Notes under the pieces: model-generated | Told to the model about the DNA's origin: nothing | Databases searched by the model: none | The model's input: the letters and a program-made list of their open reading frames with translations, nothing else | NCBI RefSeq assembly: GCF_000150275.1 | Contig: NW_002060979.1 | Span: 295,732-359,731, forward strand | Reading direction: 5' to 3' | Length of the DNA stretch: 64,000 nucleotides | DNA from: Trichoplax adhaerens | Lineage: Eukaryota > Animalia > Placozoa | Translations under genes and position numbers: made by a program | Shown: piece by piece, positions 52,309-64,000 of the stretch | Layout of the letters: every line of letters starts with the position of its first letter | Numbering within the stretch: the stretch's first letter is position 1

Positions 52309-55300
52309 ATGGCTCCTATACATAAAATAATTAAGTTGTCGATGGTCATTTGGGTATACATGGTAGGTTTCAAGCAGAATTGCAATTTATACTATGTGTC
52401 TACGTAGTCTTTTGACTTCGGTTATTTTTAATGCATACCCGATAAATATGGATGTGATTGTAAGCATTTGATGAATATCAGTTACGCTACTTCAAAACAA
52501 AGTCGAAGTATCTCATTTGAACTAAATTATGTGTGCATTTCTGACTTTTCTCGTTTAGGTTCTTCAAAGCCGAATAGGTACTATGCTGTAGTTGAATAAA
52601 TTTTCGGATTTCTATAGCTCCTAAAATACGTAGGAAAAGATATTCCGATATGAATTATTTTGCCGTGATACTTCTGATCTAATCATTCTGCTTAAGATAG
52701 ATGGAATGAATATTTTAAATAATGTCAGAGAACTTAAAATGCTAACTTACTGCAGTTCTCTGGATTTGAAATTTACGCCCAAATTAATGTTTTGTTGTGT
52801 AACTTCAATTCTCCTGTTCTCGCTTTAATCTATTTTTATCGAATGGTTTCAATACTGAAATATGTAGTTGCTTCTGATGTGGTTAATGGTACTTGTGATC
52901 CAGATTGGCTACAATTTAGAGACAAATGTATTTCTTTTTCCTCCAGCATGAAGTATGGAAATGCGTTAAAGTATTGCCAAGGAATCAACAGTAGTTTGGT
53001 GGAAATTGATAGTGCAGAAAAGGAAGCATTTATTGGAAATTCTATTTCAGATCCATCAACTACTTACTGGTTAGGATTGGTGGATTTGGTTGGCAATGAT
53101 GACTTTAACGATCATATATGGGTGCAAAGCAATCGTTCCGTCATTGCTACTGGCTATCAAAACTGGGGTCCTTATGATCCCGACAATAAGTTTCATCGTT
53201 GCGTAATTTCAAGCAATTTGCCGCCTTATGTATGGCTTGATCGGAATTGTGAGGACACTTATAATACTATATGTGAAAAGAGTAAGCTGGTATTATTAAA
53301 CACAACTATATCATTATTTCGTTGTGATTAAATACAATTTGAATACTGTGTTACACCGAGTTTTCTTTTCATATCTAAGTACCAGATATAGTCTGTTTCG
53401 ACGTAAATTAAGAGCGAACCATTTAGATTCATATTTTCTATTCTGATATAATAATTCATCACTGCAGTATCATTTCAATTTTAATTTTACCTGTATAATC
53501 CATTCAATAAGTTTGTAAAATATTTAATTTGGGAGAAAATTCTATACGGCGTTACATCATTTCATTACCGTAGTATCATTCCAATCCTAATTTAACTTGT
53601 ATAAAAGTAGAAATGAGGTTTAATCCACTGATTATGTTCTCAAATGACGGCGTTTGTACATACCAAAATTTCGCAAGGAAATTTTCTATGCTGTTATATT
53701 ATTTCATTACTACCACATCTTTCTAGTCTTAATTTTGCTTGCTTAATAATAGAGAAATAGGATGTATGTTGTGATCGTTAATTTAAGGAGTTTGCACATT
53801 ATAGAGTTCGCAGAAAAATTTTTTACGTTGATATATATGTGACAGCCAATGTCCGCTACAATTTTACTTGTATATTAGTTGAGAAATGGCGGTGTATTTC
53901 ACGTGCTATAATCCTCGAATGAAGGAGTTTGTAATTATATATTTGTAAGAAGATATTTCATTTCGGTTTTTGAAAATTATATTATCTTATCTTTTATAGC
54001 AATAAAATGTTCGATTACTAAATTGCTATAATTTACCCAGTTTAGGATAGTCAAAAGAAATACGTATAAGATATCCTAAGAATATATGATTATGCTATTT
54101 ATTCAATATCAGTAGTATACTGACGGAGCAAGTGAATATATTGTTTGCGTTATTATTTTAAGATTCGATGAAAGATATTATGGCTTCGTCAACAGTTGGA
54201 TATCCAATGTCGTCGACTGCAGGTATGTAACCGCTCAATACTTTTCATTTGTACTTTGATGGCTTCACTATGCAGAAACTTCGTTTGACAGTAATGGTAT
54301 TAAAAGCTGTGTCTTGGTAAATATTGTAGATTTTACCTTATAGCGGCTTGATATAGTGCTTAAAACATTCTCCGCAAGAATTAAGAGGTCGATTGCGGAC
54401 AAAATGTCGTACGATATTGAAAATTTTTCCCGTATATTGATTTATCATTTTCAGTTTGATTTAGATAGTAGATAATTAATATTAAATAGTAGTACAGATT
54501 ATAAATTTTTGCAATATTTTTAAGCTCTCTTGGGCTTTAATTAGGATTTCAAAAGTTTCATAGGCAGTTTCCATGGTTCTATTAGTCTATAAATTATAAA
54601 TTAATTACAGAGTTGCAGCATCAATCATTCTCTTCTCTCATCTTTCATCTTAATATCTAGTAATATCAGTACTAATTTCTACTTGCATTCCTGTGATAGT
54701 AAATGCTGCTCGAAGTAATGTTTGATAGCTCAAGGTATACTGTATATGGCACTCTTCACAAGTTAATGTTACAGTACTTCCTAAATTAATAATTAGATTA
54801 TTTATTATTTTAAAAAAATTTTATGTCTTCGGAAGTCAGTACAAATCTGACCAGTGCATAACTCTGTAATCTATAGTGATAGTAATTCAAAACAATTAAG
54901 GCCTAAAATGTTAAAAGTCGAATATTCACTAAAGCTTTAAATGAGTCATAAAACACTTAGCATTTCTATTTCATAGGTATATTAAATATTTATAATAAAT
55001 TTATTACTAGTATCATCAGGAACGATTACAGTATGCCCGTGTTTCTTGTAAAGGCAATATGTTTAAAATAAGAAACTGTATCACTACTTTAGGATGTATA
55101 TATTCTGATTAGTTGCCTAATCTTAACAATGCAGCATAGCTTGTCCGTATTATTAATTACATATAATTATTCATTCTCTACATTCGGCTGCAGTCGTAAA
55201 AACATACAACTAAAGTACCGTACCTAAGCAAGTTCTCTCTTAAATTGGTATCTTGTTAGTATGGGACATCTCTGCCGCAATAATAATTTGAATAATACCT

Positions 55301-58300
55301 AAATACATTGTTTGATAACGATCTAATGAAGAAATTCATTTATAAATAATGGGTAGGCTATAAGCTGCAAAAAATTATGCTCTGAAAAATAATTCCATTA
55401 TGCGTACTATATAATTTTTATTTATTTTTTTCTAACATTTAGTAATAACATCATTGAATTGATACCTGAACTAAAAGAATTGTTTGTTCATATAGTATAT
55501 TAACTTATAGTTCTATTATGGAGATTACTTTATAAGATAACTCAAAAATGATTTTAATGCTAATTCTACTGCTTGAAGTAATTATAGAGATTTCAAAACT
55601 ACCTGAACCTAGTTGTGATACCGGATGGATCCAATATACTGTAATGACGCTTGCCTAAAATATGTAGCCATTTATTCCAGTTTCACAGTAACTACCAGTT
55701 ATTATTAATAAAGTGACAGTTATTACTTTAGATTAAAAATGAGTACAAACAATCCTTTTTTGAGAAAAGTAAAATATTCAAAAAAATAGGCACCATTATT
55801 ATTTATATACTTTATTTACCATCGATGATAAAAGAAAAATAACTGCATCCATCACTAATACTGTTTCACCCAATTAGATGTTATCATTCTATTTTTAATT
55901 ACATTATTTGTTATAAGTTTTGTTAATTTGTTTATGTTAAATACTACACAAATTATACTACTTGTATATGCTAAATTAGTAAAATTAAAGTGATGAATTG
56001 CTTTCAATTTTAGTATATCTAATTCATCGTGAACAGCTTTCAATCATTTTACCACTCGTTACGGATGTCTGATAATTGATCGATAATGTAATATTTTTAT
56101 TCTTTTCTTCTTGCTTGACATCTTACATTTATTAGTAATAATAATTAACAGCGATATAGTCACACCTTTTGGTAATTAAGTTTATGATTATCAAATAAAT
56201 GCTAGATTACAAGTTCCGTAAATAAGAGCTGATTACAGTTACTTTTTATCAACATGCATCCCAAATAGAGACATACACGCGGAGATCTTCCTCATATACG
56301 GGAGAAATAACATCAAGCATAGAGAATGAAGTATCAATCTCATCAACATCTGAAGGTAAGACACGGCTATTTATTTTTACTTTCTTACTTGTACAGTAGA
56401 AAAGTGATAAACATGATCTAGATATAGTATTTGCTATCCTATAAGACTAAAATCGTAAATCAATTACCATAAAGACTTCTCTATCTGTCGTATTTCTTCC
56501 TAATATATTAAATGTTATCTAGCGTTAGTTCCAAATATACTAAGTTAGTATTTGCTCTTTGTTTAGCAAAATCAAAAATGTGGTAGTTCATATAAGACTC
56601 AAAAAATTCTACAAACGTCTCTTCTTTATTTATTGCTCTCTAACTATTAGGCCTAGTATAGGTTTTAAGAGATTATATGCTTATAAATGATTTTGAGGCG
56701 CAAAACTTATGTAATAGTCCAATACGAAGTTTTACGACATCATAACATTATTACATTTCGTATATCCAAGGTACAGGCAACCCAAAATAGTATCAACATT
56801 TTATTTTGACGGCATAACATATTCTTTACATTGGTAGTGGCGTTTATTTTCACAATAAAGGGAAAAGTGAATTTAGGATACATGATTGTAATTTTATATC
56901 GTGATAGTAATTTTAAATTTTAACATTATAAGCAATTGATGGTATAAAGTATTTTGCACATTGTTAGCGGTATTCAGTTACACACTAAAGGGAAACATAG
57001 AGCTATGACAATATATGCAATAACAATAATGACATTTTTAATTGTTATATCACGAAGCTAATTATAAATTTTAATATTACAGTAAAATATGCGCTCAATC
57101 TTCGAAAATTTTACTATCTCATGCAGTATGTGATTTTATCAGTATACTGGTAATTAAAATTACATAACGAATTAAATGAAATCAATAAATAGTAATTATA
57201 ATTAAGAGAATTTGATAAATTAAAAGTTGATTGAAAGCTTACATTGGTGTGATTTATACCAATCACGAAATTCCAAATTTTAGAAAAATAAAGGCTTTAT
57301 TGAATCTTATACAAAGATTAACTACACACAGCTCTACTTTAGCCGAATACTACTACTAAAGACTTCTAGAACGAACTAACAGAATGATCTAAAGTTGTAT
57401 GCTTTTATACTTTCCGTAGCATTCGCAGCTACAATCCGCATAGCAATTTTTTACCTTATTTTACACATAGTTAACTTATTCTTAGTAAGACTATTCTACT
57501 GCGGACCATCATTAATCCAATATGGATATGACTACAGTACTTACGTAGACATTATTCACACCAGCCAAAATACAATGAATTAACCATATCCTAATATATG
57601 ATTTACAGTTCTATTTTTACCTATAGCCATATTAGTAACTCAACAGCTTACTGTATATAGTCATCTGTACTCTAGCATAGAGTCTCTACCACTACAGTCT
57701 ATAGTTACAGCTACCAAATATCTCTTAGGATAAATATCTACCGTACATTATACTACACATGGCTAACAGTCTACAATCACACTACTAAGTCACATTACAA
57801 TTGGGGATAGACTAGAAATTGAAAACATCTTCTAATTTATAATTTAAACGAAAAGGCTTAATGATTTTTATTAGGATTAAGTAGAATACAAGCTAAGCAG
57901 TATATAAATTAATAAAGTTATTTATGGATAAATGAGAGCGTCACGGTACGAACTACCGTGAAGAAATAGCTATCTAAATTTGGTAAATATTATATAGCGA
58001 TAATATATTACAACTAGTGTCACAAAACAGCTNTGCAACAAGATAACGCAATATACGATCAATAAGTCAATTCCTTGAACCACGTATCAAGGAACGATAT
58101 CTGCACTATCACAAACACTTTTGCTCTACTAGCAGACTACACAAAGACTTAAACGCCTCGTATTTTACGTTAAACACTAAGTTGGACAATTCTTCTTTAT
58201 TTCACGATATACTGCATTTATATACTATTCCTCAATAGTTCATGAGTCATAGTTAATACAATTAACATTAGAATCATTTACTGAATTAGATATTAATTTT

Positions 58301-61300
58301 AGCTACTGCTCCCTTAATGCAGACAACAGTATTTATGAACATAGACATATAATGACTAATACAGAATAGTCAGATTACGATATGTCCTATCACGGAACAT
58401 TTCCATGATAATTTACAGTCTACTATAAGTAAATTACAATCACAATGATTCGAACTGTAAGCAGATGATTTGCATTCCCTATTATAACTATTAATTTCAG
58501 TATGTGTATAAGTGTCACTGTCATAAAAAATCAGTGCTATATTAAAATACAGTATATCCAAATTAGAAGTTAACTAAATAAGGATAGTCTAACAGAATTA
58601 TCCTAACATAGTTATTTCTACTGTAATACAGTATTTAACACTGTAACAACTAGTTACTTACAATAGGAATTACTCTAATTATGAATGTGTTACAATAAAT
58701 TTAATGCTGTGCTGTAAGATACACTGAAATGATTCTGTGAATGGACATATTGTAGTCTGACAGGAAAAAATTAGTTAGTAGATANNNNNNNNNNNNNNNN
58801 NNNNNNNNNNNNNNNNNNNNNNNNNNNNNNNNNNATCACGAAGCTAATTATAAATTTTAATATTACAGTAAAGTATGCGCTCAATCTTCGAAAATTTTAC
58901 TATCTCATGCAGTATGTGATTTTATCAGTATACTGGTAATTAAAATCACATAACGAATTAAATGAAATCGATAAATAGTAATTATAATTAAGAGAATTTG
59001 ATAAATTAAAAGTTGATTGAAAGCTTACATTGGTGTGATTTATACCAATCACGAAATTCCAAATTTTAGAAAAATAAAGGCTTTATTGAATCTTATACAA
59101 AGATTAACTACACACAGCTCTACTTTAGCCGAATACTACTACTACTAAAGACTTCTAGAACGAACTAACAGAATGATTTAAAGTTGTATGCTTTTATACT
59201 TTCCGTAGCATTCGCAGCTACAATCCGCATAGCAACTTTTTACCTTATTTTACACATAGTTAACTTACTCTTAGTAAGACTATTCTACTGCGGACCATCA
59301 TTAATCCAATATGGATATGACTACAGTACTTACGTAGACATTATTCACACCAGCCAAAGTAAAATGAATTAACCATATCCTAATATATGATTTACAGTTC
59401 TATTTTTACCTATAGCCATATTAGTAACTCAACAGCTTACTGTATATAGTCATCTGTACTCTAGCATAGAGTCTCTACCACTACAGTCTATAGTTACAGC
59501 TACCAAATATCTCTTAGGATAAATATCTACCGTACATTATACTACACATGGCTAACAGTCTACAATCACAATACTAAGTCACATTACAATTGGGGATAGA
59601 CTAGAAATTGAAAACATCTTCTAAATTATAATTTAAACGAAAAGGCTTAATGATTTTTATTAGGATTAAGTAGAATACAAGCTAAGCAGTATATAAATTA
59701 ATAAAGTTATTTATGGATAAATGAGAGCGTCACGGTACGAACTACCGTGAAGAAATAGCTATCTAAATTTGGTAAATATTATATAGCGATAATATATTAC
59801 AACTAGTTACTTACAATAGGAATTACTCTAATTATGAATGTGTTACAGTAAATTTAATGCGATGCTGTAATGTACACTGAAATGATTCTGTGAATGGACA
59901 TATTGTAGTCTGACAGTGAAAAAATTAGTTTGTAGATGTTCTCACCTGCTGTTCTCAGTAGATGTTCTCACCTAAGTATTTTTATAAGATGACTCATGAA
60001 TGTTAGCTGCTGTAGAAGGGTATATAAACCAGTCAGATAGTTGANNNNNNNNNNNNNNNNNNNNNNNNNNNNNNNNNNNNNNNNNNNNNNNNNNGATATT
60101 AATTTTAGCTACTGCTCCCTTAATGCAGACAACAGTATTTATGAACATAGACATATAATGACTAATACAGAATAGTCAGATTACGATATGTCCTATCACG
60201 GAACATTTCCATGATAATTTACAGTCTACTATAAGTAAATTACAATCACAATGATTCGAACTGTAAGCAGATGATTTGCATTCCCTATTATAACTATTAA
60301 TTTCAGTATGTGTATAAGTGTCACTGTCATAAAAAATCAGTGCTATATTAAAATACAGTATATCCAAATTAGAAGTTAACTAAATAAGGATAGTCTAACA
60401 GAATTATCCTAACATAGTTATTTCTACTGTAATACAGTATTTAACACTGTAACAACTAGTTACTTACAATAGGAATTACTCTAATTATGAATGTGTTACA
60501 ATAAATTTAATGCTGTGCTGTAAGATACACTGAAATGATTCTGTGAATGGACATATTGTAGTCTGACAGTGAAAAAATTAGTTAGTAGATATTCTCACCT
60601 GCTGTTCTCAGTAGATGTTCTGACCTAAGTATTTTTATAAGATGACTCATGAATGTTAGCTGCTGTAGAAGGGTATATAAACCAGTCAGATAGTTGAATT
60701 AAAGCAGTTCTCAATTGTCTAATTGAGTTTAACGTAGAATCGAAGGCGTCTAAATTCTTGTGAGTAGGGATACTGAATCCGCAGATTTAGAGATTTATTT
60801 TACGTTATCCTTGTTACGAAGCTGGTTTGTGACAGAGAGACAGCTATAGTATAATATTCTTTCAGAAAATTTAGCATTCAGGTCTACTATATTGTGAACG
60901 CTTAAATTGCATTACCGGTATTCAAAGGCTAGACACTAGAAAGCCTACGGTAATTTATATGGAATAGAGCTTGGGTTCTAATATAGCTTGTATTACTCTA
61001 GAAATTACTAAAGCATCTAGCTATTAGTATCATATATATTATCTTTATAATTCTCAAATTTTAAATTAAACTCAACGTAGAAACATTTTAACGACAGATT
61101 GTGTGATAATTATAATTGTAATCTGATGTAATACAAACCATACAGCTGGTTTTACAAGAAAATAGGTGTAAATATTTTTAGAGTTTTTGATAAGTTGGAT
61201 TTATCAACGAAGCTCACATTTAGTTCGTTCCGTTTTTAATTATTTCATGTTATAGATATTCGCATTAGCAGTAGCAGTATGGCTGTGTTGGAATTCTTGT

Positions 61301-63770
61301 CTGATATTGGAAATACTTCAGTGGCTGAATCTCGTAGTGCTCTGCATACATGGCATGAGCATAGCTCAAATGTCGTTGATACTCCGTCCATATTTTATAT
61401 GACAGGTAGCAGCATACCAGCGAGCACCGATAATTCATTGACGTCTTGGCTACCATCTGATTCGTTAGCATCTATTTCTTACATTGATTCCGTTAGTTCC
61501 ACATTAATAAATAGTTATAACGCTGATGGTGCTAGCTTGATTAAGAGCATTAGCAGTGATGGCGCTATATCTAGGTCGATAGAGAATTTAAACAGCTTTG
61601 TATCTCTAAGTGTAATTCCCTCTGAAAGTTACATTCCTTCTTTATCAAGCTCTACTAATGCAAGGCAAAATATATCAAACAGTATTTTACTGAATTTACA
61701 CGAATCATCGAATGATATATCGTTTCAGATCTCCAAAAGTAGCTCAGTAAAATCTGCACTTTTCTTATTTATCGAGAGTTCTTCTTGCAAAGACAAACTC
61801 ATAACTTCAGGGGAATGGTTCAACCCTAGTTCCATTGGTCAACTAAATTTTTACTCGTCTGATTATTTTAAATGGGATACAACATCTGATAATATGCAAA
61901 GTAGCACCATCCAGAATTTAAATTTAGGAATTCCTCAGCAAACACAAATAGGACTGGAGTCTCTTTATAGTTCTAAGCAGTACGACGGCTCTAGCAGTGC
62001 ATATGATTCATCAATTGAAAATGAGTATCGTGCGTTTATGATTGAAGATGATGCAATTAACGCGTCTTTAACATCCAATGCTTCTGTCTCAGCAACGTTG
62101 CCTTTCAGTAAAAATAACTGGATTGAATTTTTCAAGCCTAATTCTGTACTGGGAAGCTTCGCATTATCAACTTCCATATCAACGTCCAAGAACAATCCAA
62201 GTTGGATTAAATCTTCACTTGAGCACCATATCAACGCTTCGAAATTAATGTTGCAGAGCATCGAAAGTGCTAACTTATTAACATCAAGTATTGTATTACC
62301 TTCCATTCATCCTATTTCTGCTACAATTGCATCGCAAGCGATTCAAATTGATAATATTTTGGATTATGTAAGTTCCTTGGAAAATACAATAACTTAAAAT
62401 TTATTACCTACGGTTAAGAGCCCGATTTTTCTTTGTATGACATGCTATTAGATTGTAAGGGTAATATTATTCTGTATTGTAGACATTAGAATCAGTATTT
62501 TACTTCAATTGTTTTATTTTAATACTCATGCAGGCTAATGTTGCTTATAGATTAAGCTTTGACCTAAATTTTATCGATTGATCTAGATTTATAATGCAGA
62601 GAAGATCGATAGCGCTCATTGTAATTACATTGTTAATGCTGTCCGCCATCTAAGCACTGAACTTAGTGGAAATAAAGCCGAATCGTACATAGACGGGTTG
62701 TCCATAATGAGCCACAAATTGATCTTAAATGATACCACTATAGATGTAAAACGAAATATTTTGGAGGTTAGTATGACCTAGAACCGATTATAGCTCAAAA
62801 GATAGGACTTTTAGTCATTAATGAAGCAGTTATATTTTCCTAGACTCTTATTTATTTTATGGACACATTAAACGCCAAGTTTACCGGTACTGATGCTTCT
62901 AAGGTATATTATAAATAACTACGTTCACGATCAGAAAATCAATCCGTAATAAAATAAGAGCTAGCGTTTATTACAACCTATTCTCGATATCAATTAAAAA
63001 CTTGCTCGACTAACGTACATTTAAAATTTAAAGTTCCTAGTCATAAGCGAATCATATAGTTCTCAAATATGTACATTAATATGAGTTAATTTATATCTTA
63101 TTGAAAGCTAGAAGATAATAATAATTGTATTCATATTCTAGAATGCTTTGAAGGCTACAACTCAGATGAATATTATAAATGAAATCGGGAATAGAATTGC
63201 ACTTACATTACCAATAGGTGCTTCTTTTAGTGTATCTTACTGCAAGGAGGCTTGTAAGTATGCTAAAGAGTTAATTTATTGCTTTAGTAGAATACCTTAG
63301 ACTATCGATGTAGAGTCATTTTACTAATACTATTTATTGTTAATGATTGTAAATAAATAAGATAATTTATTACTTGATGTTGCTAGGTTCTAATCTTACT
63401 ATTCAAGTTCAGAATGGAACAGAATTTCGAATGACAGGATACCGAGTAGTTTACAATTCATCTAGAACAGAAAAAGTTGCAATTCAGCTTTCTAATGGTG
63501 CTTTTAATTCAGGTAGACTCTACTATTTCTTTACTCGTACATATATAATGAAACTTATTTCTATTCTTCCTAAGATTTCAGAGCTTAGAAATATCAACAT
63601 TATAGCATGTTTATTACAATTTAATTCTCTCTTACCGTGCTACGGTACACAATATCCTTTAAATAAAATGATATTTTAGGAGCTATTCTTTTTTTAGGCG
63701 GCCGAGTTGAAATAGTATCTGGAAAGTACGCCTTTCTAAATAAACTACTTAATGATAACTCCAATCTACA
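52309..63770 (+). CDS. Gene D: probable adhesion GPCR (signal peptide, C-type lectin, Ser-rich stalk, GAIN-like domain), 3'-truncated by the window end
   Basis: Exons 52309-52362 and 52559-52577 (MAPIHKIIKLSMVIWVYMVLQSRI), 52868-53281 (CTL: CDPDW..YWLGL..YQNWGPYDPDN..W.DRNC..ICEK), 54163-54222, 56269-56355, 61256-62367 (Ser-rich ORF 61279..62397), 62587-62766, 62844-62903, 63142-63253, 63387-63512 (SNLTIQVQ..IQLSNGAF) and 63698-63770 (VEIVSGKYAFLNKLL). The last exons match GAIN subdomain-B patterns. GPS and 7TM are not in the window, so a PKD1-like protein is not excluded. Confidence 0.7.
53431..53950. repeat. Degenerate intronic tandem repeat, ~4 units of ~105-140 bp
   Basis: Recurring aaattttcta(t)..g(c/t)t(g/a)ta..atttcattac..agtatcatt.caat..taatttt(a)cttgtata...gagaaat at ~53431, ~53537, ~53679 and ~53815. 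Confidence 0.55.
55588..55680 (+). pseudogene. Decayed, truncated second C-type lectin exon inside gene D intron
   Basis: After attatag: ISKLPEPSCDTGWIQY [frameshift] NDACLKYV parallels CDPDWLQFRDKCISF of the intact CTL exon. Confidence 0.55.
57248..57799 (-). mobile_element. Solo LTR, family 2 (552 bp)
   Basis: TGTGAT...ATTACA termini with perfect 5-bp TSD attgg (57243-57247 and 57800-57804). On the minus strand TATAAAA (~57405) is followed ~100 bp later by AATAAA (~57298). Confidence 0.8.
58018..58648 (-). mobile_element. Solo LTR, family 1 (631 bp), apparently polymorphic insertion
   Basis: TGTCACA...TGTAACA with perfect TSD actag (58013-58017 and 58649-58653). The same flanks joined by a single actag occur at 59802-59806. 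Confidence 0.92.
58835..60044 (+). repeat. Near-identical duplicate of 57049-58017 plus the post-LTR flank (probable second haplotype assembled in tandem between N gaps)
   Basis: Begins atcacgaagctaatt like 57049, with scattered SNPs and a 3-bp (tac) indel. Bounded by 50-N gaps 58785-58834 and 60045-60094; lacks the family-1 LTR. Confidence 0.85.
59034..59588 (-). mobile_element. Solo LTR, family 2, allelic/duplicate copy of 57248-57799
   Basis: Same termini, same attgg TSD and same flanks. Confidence 0.8.
60095..60454 (-). mobile_element. Partial family-1 LTR, redundant reading of the 58018-58648 insertion
   Basis: Starts at an N gap; matches 58289-58648 and is followed by the same actag and flank. 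Confidence 0.85.
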
Positions 63771-64000
63771 GTAGGTTTCTTTTTCAGGGTAGCTTTAAAT
63801 GGAATGATTAACACAGAATTAGATTATCGATAAGCGTGTAGCATGGAATTTACTATTAGATATTACTGCTATAAAATAATGCTTAAAAACTCAGCCTCTC
63901 TATTGTTCTAAACTGCTAGAAAATCCCTTATGTCAGATATTGTCATTTGCAAAGTTAATCCTTTACCACCCATTGNCATCAGCGAATTTTTTACTTTTTA

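Noticed and set aside
57395-57583. 62-aa hydrophobic ORF duplicated at 59184
   Set aside because: Inside the family-2 LTR (antisense); duplicated only because the segment is assembled twice.

Overview
AT-rich eukaryotic DNA with many short GT-AG introns, consistent with a compact early-branching animal genome; placozoan (Trichoplax-like) is my inference from composition and gene style only. Reading splice sites by hand gives four + strand cell-surface protein genes that the ORF track only fragments. Gene A (5473-10356, ~244 aa): signal peptide-EGF-cbEGF-EGF-TM-tail. Gene B (12815-18477, ~292 aa): signal peptide-SEA-cbEGF-EGF-TM-tail. Gene C (24577-44250, 54 traced exons, ~3,190 aa): a giant mosaic MUC4/SUSD2/Mesh-like membrane mucin with ~27 EGF, 4 Frizzled-type CRD, 4 SRCR, Ser/Thr stalk, Ig, NIDO-AMOP-VWD (GDPH site), cadherin-like, SEA and TM modules. 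Gene D (52309 to window end): a probable adhesion GPCR (C-type lectin, Ser-rich stalk, GAIN-like region). A, B and C share the same membrane-proximal exon cassette: an EGF split by a phase-2 intron between Cys4 and Cys5, then a 100-nt TM exon. In C that EGF carries the EGFR-ligand signature residues. Two families of solo LTRs with 5-bp target duplications are present, and one insertion appears in both filled and empty states because two haplotypes seem to be assembled in tandem around N gaps. A decayed, ORF-like block at 44.3-48.3 kb ends in an (ACT)n-like terminus and may be a Polinton/virus relic.
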